From positions 16,988,001 through 17,052,000 of the forward strand of contig OZ024761.1 of the NCBI GenBank assembly GCA_964016885.1: a stretch of 64,000 bases of DNA, read 5' to 3'. Below are positions 1 through 9,980 of this stretch, one piece after another. The position numbers were made by a program, and so were the translations under genes. Numbering within the stretch: the stretch's first letter is position 1; every line of letters starts with the position of its first letter. This DNA comes from Eledone cirrhosa (Eukaryota). Under the pieces are notes generated by a model. The model searched no databases. It was not told the origin of the DNA and saw only the letters and a program-made list of their open reading frames with translations.

Positions 1-510
1 CTGTAAGTCAAATACAATGTATTTAAATGAATCTACAGATGGAGTTGCAATATCTGCCAGGACTTTGGAAATAGGGAAATATATAATTTTTTAAATTAAA
101 ACTACTTTTCAAAGGAATAATAAAGATATATACACACACACACACACAGACATCTCTAGTGGAGATATTTCTGAGATTGGAAACCCTATCGATGTATGTA
201 TTTTGTCACTGAAAAGTTATCAAAAAATTATTATTATATATACATGTTTGTGTTTTTGACGTAAGTAAAACGAATCTATATACGAGGTTTTCGATACCTG
301 CCAGAGCTTATGAAATAGTAAAAGAATATTTTTATTTTTCAATTATGTCAAACATCGTATGTGGTTCTTTATTAAAGAAATGCTAAAATAGATTTAAATA
401 TATGAAATTTGCACAGTAGAATTACGGCCGCTTGGCGGGCGTCTGGTAAAGTGGTGGTAGTGTAGGTTCGAGCGGAGGGGAAACTAAAAAGGTGGCTCAG
501 AGATGATCGT

Positions 511-600
511 GGCCCCGGGTAGCTCAGAAGATAGAGACCAATCTCTTAAATTAAAACAATAAAAATGTTTTAAACATAAGATCGAAACCCTATCTCCAAA
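511..600 (+). pseudogene. tRNA-Lys(CTT)-like 5' half / SINE-head remnant (one per unit)
   Basis: GCCCCGGGTAGCTCAGAAGATAGAGACCAATCTCTTAA resembles the canonical GCCCGGCTAGCTCAGTCGGTAGAGCATGAGACTCTTAA. A B-box-like GATCGAAACC lies downstream after an AT-rich insert. There is no complete cloverleaf. Confidence 0.35.
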
Positions 601-759
601 TCTATACACACTCAATTGATGCATAGATACACCACAACTACCCACACGACCACCTACAGACCAACAAATACGGAGTGAAAATAAACACATTTAAAGCTAT
701 TTTATTGTTAGACTAAAAATAAGTTTATATATGTAAATATTCAAAAGAAAATCACTTAA

Positions 760-830
760 GTCTTTATAGTCTAGTGGTAAGACATAAGACTGGGGAATGC
801 CGTGTTTGGATTTCGAATCAACTTAAAACA
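760..830 (+). pseudogene. Degenerate tRNA-like sequence (one per unit; best preserved at 32130-32200 and 57073-57143)
   Basis: GTCTTTA-TA-GTCT-AGTGGTA-AGAC forms a perfect D-arm/A-box. A T-loop-like TTCGAAT and a partial acceptor 3' strand TTAAAAC-A follow, then a T8 run at 835-842. The anticodon and T stems are defective and the isotype cannot be assigned. Confidence 0.45.
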
Positions 831-1234
831 TTAATTTTTTTTATCCTCACACTGTAAGGAATTTGTTTGATTTGAACACGTAGTCATACCATTTAAAGCT
901 TTATTTTTCTCTTTCTAGTGGTAACACAGTCAGCATATAAGTAAACGTGATTCACTTCAACACTTTGCCATACCATTTAAAACTTTATTTGGAGATGAGA
1001 CAAAGACACATAAATACACCAAGTAGTAAACCCTTGATTTAACTTACTATGAAGATGAAGAATGTCTTAATATCAAAGTGACGTTAAATTTAGGGGCCAC
1101 TTTCATTGTTTTTAATTTACAGAAACTCCTTAATATAACACAATATACAAGATATATATATCAGAAGGAATATTTTTTATTTTCTTGTTCCGTCAAACCT
1201 TGCGTTTATTCTACACACACACACACGTCGAAAC

Positions 1235-1410
1235 ACTTGCTTGAGGTGGCTTTCTTAGACATAATGAAAAGTGTTGGCTTTGTGGAGATTGATACAACTT
1301 TGGGTGATGTTACGAGGAGGGGCAAGGCTATGGAGAGTGTCTTAGTGGAAGAGATGATATCAGAGCAGTAACCTCCAAAGAGATGAAATTAGTGACTGAG
1401 ATGCTATCAT
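1235..1410 (-). mobile_element. Possible non-LTR retrotransposon (CR1/Jockey-group) ORF2 C-terminal remnant (one per unit)
   Basis: The minus strand reads IASQSL/FHLFGGYCSDIISS...PKVVSI, similar to the VASLSLFYRYFxGYCSxELxS...HPxxVxI tail of such LINEs. Recognised by eye only. Confidence 0.35.
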
Positions 1411-1429
1411 TGGATAGTTAAGAATATAT

Positions 1430-1655
1430 ATAACAAACATATACTATAAATTTAACAAGTCAAACTACAGTTATACTCTAACACGGAAGACAAATAAAAC
1501 TTTACCTCTATCATGCACGTCGTATCCAGTGTGTTGTTATAAGAAAACCGGTGAAACACTAAATATGCCACCAGTGTAGCGATTTTATACTCTCTCTGCT
1601 TCATCGTACCACCCAGTAACATGAAACTGTGTTCAAATCCCTGGGTGGTAGAATT
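1430..1655 (+). repeat. Diverged ~200-bp element, copy 1 of 3 per unit
   Basis: CAAGTCAAACTACAGTTATACTCTA...ACCGGTGAAACACTAAATATGCCACCAGTGTAG aligns with the reverse complement of 3945-4155 and with 2100-2275. Confidence 0.75.
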
Positions 1656-2099
1656 ACGTCGCTTTAAAATAAACACACTGGGGTCAGTTTGAATATTGAT
1701 TTCATGTGAAAAATATAAACATATTATGATTGTACTCCGAACTATCAATATTGAAACAATTCTAATGCGCCAATAAAATTTATATATATATATACAGCAA
1801 CAGTGTTTTCGATCTTTCTTACTTTTTTTATTCACATTCTACAGTCACTTTAACTCTGTAATAAAAGCCAACACGAGACGAACGTTAACTGCAGTTACCC
1901 ACGAAATTAACGCACACACAAATGAATATACTACGAAAATGTATTTAAAATAAAAAAATAAATACTTAAATTCAATGTATGTATAATTACACATACAATA
2001 TGTTTTGTTGTAAAACCCTAAATAATGATTTAAGAAATGATGTCAATCTTTGTACAGAGATAAACATTAATTTATGTATATGGATTGTGTGTGCGTATA

Positions 2100-2275
2100 T
2101 ACTCCATTTAAGACAGCGAAAAAACCAGTACCTCCTTCGAAGAATGCCAAATAGCTTATGCCTCAGGGATACCGGTGTAACACTAATTAAGTTACCGGTG
2201 TAGATATTTCAGTTGAACCCTGCTTCAACAAACTACCCGGTAATTTGAAATCGAGTTTAGAGTGAGGGGTGTAAA
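2100..2275 (+). repeat. Diverged element, copy 2 of 3 per unit
   Basis: Core ATACCGGTGTAACACTAATTAAGTTACCGGTGTAGATATTTCAGTTGAACCCT. Confidence 0.8.
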
Positions 2276-2376
2276 ACAGAATTCTGTTTGGAAAATAGTA
2301 AATTCTAAACCTGCTAGAATTAGCAGCCAAATGTCGTACTTTGGGTACGAGGTGCGACTCGTCTTACCTCTTCTAA

Positions 2377-2691
2377 TATATATATATATATAAATATATA
2401 TGTGTGTGTGTGTGTATATATATATATGCGTATGTAGATTCACGGGTCGCGCCGGAGAGAAACCACAATAAATACAATGTACTCAATAGATTGGCACAGT
2501 ATATATATATATATGTGGGTGTGTGTGTACATATAAATATGTGTGTGTGTGTGTGTGTGTGTATGTATATATATATATATATGTATAAATGCATATATAC
2601 ATATAAATACTTATATATATACATAAACATATGTATACATACACACATATATAGATATATATGTGTGTATATATATATATATCTGTGTGTC

Positions 2692-2752
<61 letters not shown>

Positions 2753-2790
2753 GTGTGTCTATTTCTATATATATATATAAATATATATAA
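2377..2790. repeat. Compound (TA)n/(TG)n/(CA)n microsatellite block left of the palindrome (length varies between units)
   Basis: Seen directly; source of the spurious YIYI/CVCV ORFs. Confidence 0.97.
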
Positions 2791-2882
2791 TTATTACTTA
2801 GGTTCTAAGGAATATCCCGCGAATGTCGGGGTTTACTGTGTATATATATATATATGTATGTATATACATATTTATTACTTTC

Positions 2883-3243
2883 ACTGTTATTTCTAGCATG
2901 AAAAAGAAAAACCGGAAGAGGAGAAAATTGAAAAACATCTTCTTTTTCCCCCCTCTAACTTTTCAAACAAAAGAGAATTTTATGTAAACAAAAACGAAAT
3001 TTTTGCCAAGAAAGATAACTCTTCTCTGACTTAAATCCAAAATTGGGATACAAAAAGAATTCCGCAATTTTTTGTATCCCAATTTTGGATTTAAGTCAGA
3101 GAAGAGTTATCTTTCTTGGCAAAAATTTCGTTTTTGTTTACATAAAATTCTCTTTTGTTTGAAAAGTTAAAGGGAGGAAAAAGAAGATGTTTTTCAATTT
3201 TCTCCCCTTCCGGTTTTTTCTAGTGTATACTAGAAATAGCAGT
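2883..3243. repeat. 361-bp near-perfect palindrome (foldback/MITE-like), unit 1
   Basis: Left arm ACTGTTATTTCTAG...AAATCCAAAATTGGGATACAAAAA is the reverse complement of right arm TTTTTGTATCCCAATTTTGGATTT...CTAGAAATAGCAGT. The loop is at ~3057-3069. Confidence 0.97.
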
Positions 3244-3529
3244 CAAAGCAATATATATATGCCTTTTGTGACAATATATATTGTTTTAACGCTAGATTAT
3301 TAACAACAATATATTGTATTTGTTGGCCTATTGGACGCAGAAGACGCTCACTCGATTTTTATTATATTTTACGTTGTATTTTGAGGTTTATAGGCTTTTC
3401 TATGGACCACCTACAATATTCGCGATTTTTCTCTATTCTCGGGTTCTCTAGGACTGTAAACCCCACGAATGCCGGGGGGTAACTGTATATGAATATATCG
3501 ACTAATAATATACAGTATAATTGTACGAG

Positions 3530-3721
3530 TATGCATATACATAGCAATGTATATACATATTTACACATATATGTACATATATATATATATAGACACACAT
3601 GTATATATATATATATATAGACACACATGTATATATATATTTATATATATATGCATGTATGTATGTATGTATATATGTATACATATATATACATATATAT
3701 ATATGCATGTATGTATATATG

Positions 3722-3757
<36 letters not shown>

Positions 3758-3845
3758 TATACATAGACATGTGTGTGTGTGTATGTACATTCTTAGGTAT
3801 ATACATATATATTTATACACACATACATACAAATATATATATTTC
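3530..3845. repeat. Compound (TA)n/(TATG)n/(TG)n microsatellite block right of the palindrome (length varies between units)
   Basis: Seen directly. Confidence 0.97.
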
Positions 3846-3944
3846 TATGAGTCCCGGTTTATTACACATTGGAGACAGAGTGAGAGATTTAGCTTTCATT
3901 TTTAGCAGATTTAGAAACTTTGCAAACGCTTTATTTTTTCTTAT

Positions 3945-4155
3945 TGCCGGTACTCTGAACACGATTTGAAATGACTGGAGTGAGTTTATAAAAGGGTAAA
4001 CTGAAATAGTTGCACCGGTAATATATTTAGTGTTACACCGGTATTTTTGAAACAATCTCTTTCGCATTCGTCTGCAAGCGGTAACGTTTTCTATGCCGTC
4101 TCTGGTAGTGTAGAACTGTAGGTTGACTTGCTTGGGTTTTACAAATGTTTGTCAA
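3945..4155 (-). repeat. Diverged element, copy 3 of 3 per unit (inverted)
   Basis: Reverse complement reads ATACCGGTGTAACACTAAATATATTACCGGTGCAACTATTTCAGTTTACCCT. Confidence 0.8.
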
Positions 4156-4289
4156 CATGCATATTATTATTATTATTATATACTTTCAAACACACTTACA
4201 TATATTATATTTATAAACATATAGGATTTTACTAAGTTTTTATTCTTTCTAATGTGAAGAGATAGAAATAATAAGTTAAAGCTAAAGTA

Positions 4290-5325
4290 TAATGATATAA
4301 CAACAGTATATAATAGTTTTCTCCACTTTATTGAGATGCAAACGTTTTAAAGAAAGAACATGACAGTATAAGAAATATTTAATATCATAACATATAATAT
4401 TTCAGGTAGGATGGTCGTTTCTCTTGTCTTCCACCTCTAGTTGTAGATTCTTCATGTCCTCTCTAGCCATAATTATGTCGTCGACATATGCATAAGTTTG
4501 ATTTCTTCTTGAATGAATTGCAAATCTTGAGGTAGCCTTCTTGGTACATTTATTAGCTTTAATTCGTGTTTACACTGCTTGTAATAATTCGTACGTTTTT
4601 TACTTTAGATGAAACATATATATATAAAAACGTCTGTGGCTTTAGTATACCTTTAAGTTTGATTTCAATAGAAAAATACTTACTGAACATGTGTAACACA
4701 ATTATAACTGGAGCTACTAAGTTCCTAGCCACTAGAAAATCTATTTGATAGAAGTTATTTCTTAGTTCTATGCACTGTCAATATCCCTTCTACTTTTTAT
4801 ATGCTTGTGTTTGTTAAAGAAACATTCTCTGATTTAGAAACCACGATCTTCTCGCACCACCGTTGTAGTAATTCTTGTTAAATGTTTTGTCTGGTCTATT
4901 GTCAATAAGTGGCCTTGTTTTCTGATTATTAATAAAGTTAAGTGGTCTACTGAATTGTCTTCATTATTGCCTATTTATAAGTTTTGTTTAACTGCCGATA
5001 ACTTTAAAATGTATTTCTTAGGTTGCTTAGGCCTACAAACCTTATATCAGTGTCCCTTCTTTTGACACTTTCTACGAGTGAATCCTTAAATTGACATTTT
5101 ATTTTGGGTTGTACTGCCTTATCCCACCTATAACAGCTTGAAGCAGATATAGTAAAAACAGGTCCTTGACTGTGGAGACTAATATGAGTTATGTTGAATA
5201 TACTTGTTGAGGTTTATTCAATCTAAGAGAAGAAAAAGGAATTATAAGTAAAGTGCAAAATAAATCGGCTGCTTTTAAACCTAGAGGAGGGGAGGATTGA
5301 CTTAGTCAGGTTTAAATGCCCACAT
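4290..5325 (-). mobile_element. Decayed, internally deleted Ty3/Gypsy LTR-retrotransposon remnant (gag Zn knuckles, protease, RT), unit 1; boundaries approximate
   Basis: Manual minus-strand translation, with frameshifts and stops, gives motifs in gag-pro-RT order: SCYRWDK...KCQFKD / T(C>R)RKCQKKGH*YKVC (CX2CX4HX4C, 5035-5135); FINNQKTRPLIDNRPDKTF (degenerate LIDSG protease, ~4880-4935); FLVARNLVAPVIIV; PRRLPQDLQFIQEEIK (RT start); TYAYVDDIIMA (YxDD, 4477-4488). Confidence 0.8.
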
Positions 5326-5788
5326 GACGGTAATTACGGCACCCCTACAACAACAGTTAAGTGTCGATAACCACCACGCATTTATGAGACTAAAAACCTT
5401 GCTAGTGTATTTTTATTTTGGTACAAAAGTTTTTAAATTCAAGTCCAATATAATGTATTTAAACGAATCTATAGATAGGATTTCAATACCTGCCAGAGCT
5501 TATGAAATAGTAAAACAAATTTTTTTTTTCAATTATGTCAAATACCAAAAGTTGTTCTTTATTAAAGAAATGCTAAAATAGATTTAGTTAGTATGACTCT
5601 GAACTGTGTTCAGAAACGGTAATGTTATGTTTTGCTGAGAGCCTGTCTGTCTTACAGTATGTTTACACACAATACATACATGCATATACATAAATTAATT
5701 GTTTATTAGCTATATTCATCTGTTTACACTCCTCGTAATAATTCGAGCGGTTTTGTTTTTGTTTTTTCTTCAGGAGAGACGTAGATAG

Positions 5789-6690
5789 AAAAACGTTTGT
5801 GGCTTTAGTATTGCTTATTTTTAAGTTTTGTTTAATTGCCGATAAATTTGAAATATATTTGTTAGGTTTCTTAGAACTACAAATCTTTCTTATGACACTT
5901 ACTACGGAATAAATTCTTAGCTGGATACTTTACTTTGAATCAGATGTAGCAAAAACTTGTGAAGACTGACATGAGTTATGTTGAATATAAGTGTAGACGT
6001 CAAATATTTTTGTTTATTCAATCTAAAGGGAAGGCAAAAGAATTATAAGTCAAGTGCAAAATTAACGTTTAAAGGCATAAGAAAGGTATCTCGCTTTCTC
6101 TCCTGTAAAATAAATAGGCTGTTTTTAGACCAGGAGGATGGGAGGATTGACTCAGTCAGATTTAAATGCACACATGACGGTAAATACGACAGTTCTATAA
6201 CAACCATGCATTTAAAAGACTGAAAACCTTACTAATTTGTTTTTATTTTGGTACTTGAAAACAAAATTTAAAAACAAATTATATATTTAATTTCCTGTAA
6301 GTCAAATACAATGTATTTAAATGAATCTACAGATGGAGTTGCAATATCTGCCAGGACTTTGGAAATAGGGAAATATATAATTTTTTAAATTAAAACTACT
6401 TTTCAAAGGAATAATAAAGATATATATACACACACACACACAGACATCTCTAGTGGAGATGTTTCTGAGATTGGAAACCCTATCGATGTATGTATTTTGT
6501 CACTGAAAAGTTATCAAAAAATTATTATTATATATACATGTTTGTGTTTTTGACGTAAGTAAAACGAATCTATATACGAGGTTTTCGATACCTGCCAGAG
6601 CTTATGAAATAGTAAAAGAATATTTTTATTTTTCAATTATGTCAAACATCGTATGTGGTTCTTTATTAAAGAAATGCTAAAATAGATTTA
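5789..6690 (-). repeat. Diverged, further-deleted internal paralogue of 4626-5586 (second copy of the gag-side region and its flank; present in each unit)
   Basis: Shared blocks in the same order: AAAAACGT(C/T)TGTGGCTTTAGTAT; AAGTTTTGTTTAA(C/T)TGCCGATAA; ATGAGTTATGTTGAATATA; GGGAGGATTGACT(T/C)AGTCAG...CACATGACGGTAA; TTTTTATTTTGGTAC; ATACCTGCCAGAGCTTATGAAATAGTAAAA...AAGAAATGCTAAAATAGATTTA. Confidence 0.85.
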
Positions 6691-8686
6691 AATATATGAA
6701 ATTTGCACAGTAGAATTACGGCCGCTTGGCGGGCGTCTGGTAAAGTGGTGGTAGTATAGGTTCGAGCGGAGGAGAAAGGTGGCTCAGAGATGATCGTGGC
6801 CCCGGGTAGCTCAGAAGATAGAGACCAATCTCTTAAATTAAAACAATAAAAATGTTTTAAACATAAGATAAAGTAGAAGATCGAAACCCTATCTCCAAAT
6901 CTATACACACTCAATTGATGCATAGATACACCACAACTACCCACACGACCACCTACAGACCAACAATTACGGAGTGAAAATAAACACATTTAAAGCTATT
7001 TTATTGTTAGACTAAAAATAAGTTTATATATGTAAATATTCAAAAGAAAATCACTTAAGTCTTTATAGTCTAGTGGTAAGACATAAGACTGGGGAATGCC
7101 GTGTTTGGATTTCGAATCAACTTAAAACATTAATTTTTTTTATCCTCACACTGTAATGAATTTGTTTGATTTGAACACGTAGTCATACCATTTAAAGCTT
7201 TATTTTTCTCTTTCTAGTGGTAACACAGTCAGCATATAAATAAACGTGATTCACTTCAACACGTTGCCATACCATTTAAAACTTTATTTGGAGATGAGAC
7301 AAAGACACATAAATACACCAAGTAGTAAACCCTTGATTTAACTTACTATGAAGATGAAGAATGTCTTAATATCAAAGTGACGTTAAATTTAGGGGCCACT
7401 TTCATTGTTTTTAATTTACAGAAACTCCTTAATATAACACAATATACAAGATATATATATCAGAAGGAATATTTTTTATTTTCTTGTTCCGTCAAACCTT
7501 GCGTTTATTCTACACACACACACGTCGAAACACTTGCTTGAGGTGGCTTTCTTAGACATAATGAAAAGTGTTGGCTTTGTGGAGATTGATACAACTTTGG
7601 GTGATGTTACGAGGAGGGGCAAGGCTATGGAGAGTGTCTTAGTGGAAGAGATGATATCAGAGCAGTAACCTCCAAAGAGATGAAATTAGTGACTGAGATG
7701 CTATCATTGCATAGTTAAGAATATATATAACAAACATATACTATAAATTTAACAAGTCAAACTACAGTTATACTCTAACACGGAAGACAAATAAAACTTT
7801 ACCTCTATCATGCACGTCGTATCCAGTGTGTTGTTATAAGAAAACCGGTGAAACACTAAATATGCCACCAGTGTAGCGATTTTATACTCTCTCTGCTTCA
7901 TCGTACCACCCAGTAACATGAAACTGTGTTCAAATCCCTGGGTGGTAGAATTACGTCGCTTTAAAATAAACACACTGGGGTCAGTTTGAATATTGATTTC
8001 ATGTGAAAAATATAAACATATTATGATTGTACTCCGAACTATCAATATTGAAACAATTCTAATGCGCCAATAAAATTTATATATATATACAGCAACAGTG
8101 TTTTCGATCTTTCTTACTTTTTTTATTCACATTCTACAGTCACTTTAACTCTGTAATAAAAGCCAACACGAGACGAACGTTAACTGCAGCTACCCACGAA
8201 ATTAACGCACACACAAATGAATATACTACGAAAATGTATTTAAAATAAAAAAATAAATACTTAAATTCAATGTATGTATAATTACACATACAATATGTTT
8301 TGTTGTAAAACCCTAAATAATCATTTAAGAAATGATGTCAATCTTTGTACAGAGATAAACATTAATTTATGTATATGCATTGTGTGTGCGTATATACTCC
8401 ATTTAAGACAGCGAAAAAACCAGTACCTCCTTCGAAGAATGCCAAATAGCTTATGCCTCAGGGATACCGGTGTAACACTAATTAAGTTACCGGTGTAGAT
8501 ATTTCAGTTGAACCCTGCTTCAACAAACTACCCGGTAATTTGAAATCGAGTTTAGAGTGAGGGGTGTAAAACAGAATTCTGTTTGGAAAATAGTAAATTC
8601 TAAACCTGCTAGAAATAGCAGCCAAATGTCGTACTTTGGGTACGAGGTGCGACTCGTCTTACCTCTTATAATATATATATATATAA

Positions 8687-8729
<43 letters not shown>

Positions 8730-9105
8730 ATAACGGGTCGCGTCGGAGAGAAACCACAATAAATACAATGTACTCAATAGATTGGCACAGTATATATATA
8801 TATATGTGGGTGTGTGTGTACATATAAATATGTGTGTGTGTGTGTATGTATATATATATATATATGTATAAATGCATATATACATATAAATACTTATATA
8901 TATACATAAACATATGTATACATACACACATATATAGATATATATGTGTGTATATATATATATATATATCTGTGTGTCTATTTCTATATATATATATAAA
9001 TATATATAATTATTACTTAGGTTCTAAGGAATATCCCGCGAATGTCGGGGTTTACTGTATATATATATATATATATATGTATGTATATACATATTTATTA
9101 CTTTC

Positions 9106-9466
9106 ACTGTTATTTCTAGCATGAAAAAGAAAAACCGGAAGAGGAGAAAATTGAAAAACATCTTCTTTTTCCTCCCTTTAACTTTTCAAACAAAAGAGAA
9201 TTTTATGTAAACAAAAACGAAATTTTTGCCAAGAAAGATAACTCTTCTCTGACTTAAATCCAAAATTGGGATACAAAAAGAATTCAGCAATTTTTTGTAT
9301 CCCAATTTTGGATTTAAGTCAGAGAAGAGTTATCTTTCTTGGCAAAAATTTCGTTTTTGTTTACATAAAATTCTCTTTTGTTTGAAAAGTTAAAGGGAGG
9401 AAAAAGAAGATGTTTTTCAATTTTCTCCCCTTCCGGTTTTTTCTAGTGTATACTAGAAATAGCAGT
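9106..9466. repeat. 361-bp palindrome, unit 2
   Basis: Same as unit 1. Confidence 0.95.
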
Positions 9467-9944
9467 CAAAGCAATATATATATGCCTTTTGTGACAATAT
9501 ATATTGTTTTAACGCTAGATTATTAACAACAATATATTGTATTTGTTGGCCTATTGGACGCAGAAGACGCTCACTCGATTTTTATTATATTTTACGTTGT
9601 ATTTTGAGGTTTATAGGCTTTTCTATGGACCACCTACAATATTCGCGATTTTTCTCTATTCTCGGGTTCTCTAGGACTGTAAACCCCACGAATGCCGGGG
9701 GGTAACTGTATATGAATATATCGACTAATAATATACAGTATAATTGTACGAGTATGCATATACATAGCAATGTATATACATATTTACACATATATGTACA
9801 TATATATATATATAGACACACATGTATATATATATATATATAGACACACATGTATATATATATTTATATATATATGCATGTATGTATGTATGTATATATG
9901 TATACATATATATACATATATATATATGCATGTATGTATATATG

Positions 9945-9980
<36 letters not shown>

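Larger units (their letters stand above)
1..6294. repeat. Repeat unit 1 (6294 bp; phase set by the window start)
   Basis: Anchor-to-anchor distance. Confidence 0.95.

Noticed and set aside
294-306. U1-like ATACCTGCCAG and 5S-like GCCATACCA (~967)
   Set aside because: The matches do not extend; there are no U1 stem-loops or Sm site and no 5S internal control region.
1078-1371. 97-aa ORF MTLNLG...
   Set aside because: It has a GTG start, is open only in units 1, 5, 8 and 11 depending on (CA)n length, and its 3' part is antisense to a possible LINE fragment.
1433-1457. U6-like ACATATACTA(T)AAATT
   Set aside because: Short AT-rich match only; no ACAGAGA box or other U6 sequence follows.
3452-3464. 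tRNA-Tyr-like anticodon arm GGACTGTAAACCC
   Set aside because: No D-arm, T-arm or acceptor stem surrounds it.
2373-3969. Many YIYI/CVCV/HTHT ORFs (and their copies in every unit)
   Set aside because: They are translations of dinucleotide microsatellites, and frame and length change between units.
4102-4112. CACTA transposon terminus (CACTACCAG on the minus strand)
   Set aside because: There is no matching CACTA at the other end, and homology with copy 1 continues past this point, so it is not an element end.
5324-6223. Recurrent 80-85 aa ORFs MTVITAP... and MLNISVD...
   Set aside because: They recur only because the unit is repeated. They have no recognisable domain, lie in or next to the Gypsy-derived duplication on the opposite strand, and are broken or altered in several units.
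4290-6690. Intact or autonomous LTR retrotransposon, with units as tandem LTR elements
   Set aside because: The coding remnants have stops, frameshifts and large deletions. No RNase H, integrase, PBS/PPT or TG...CA LTR pair could be identified.
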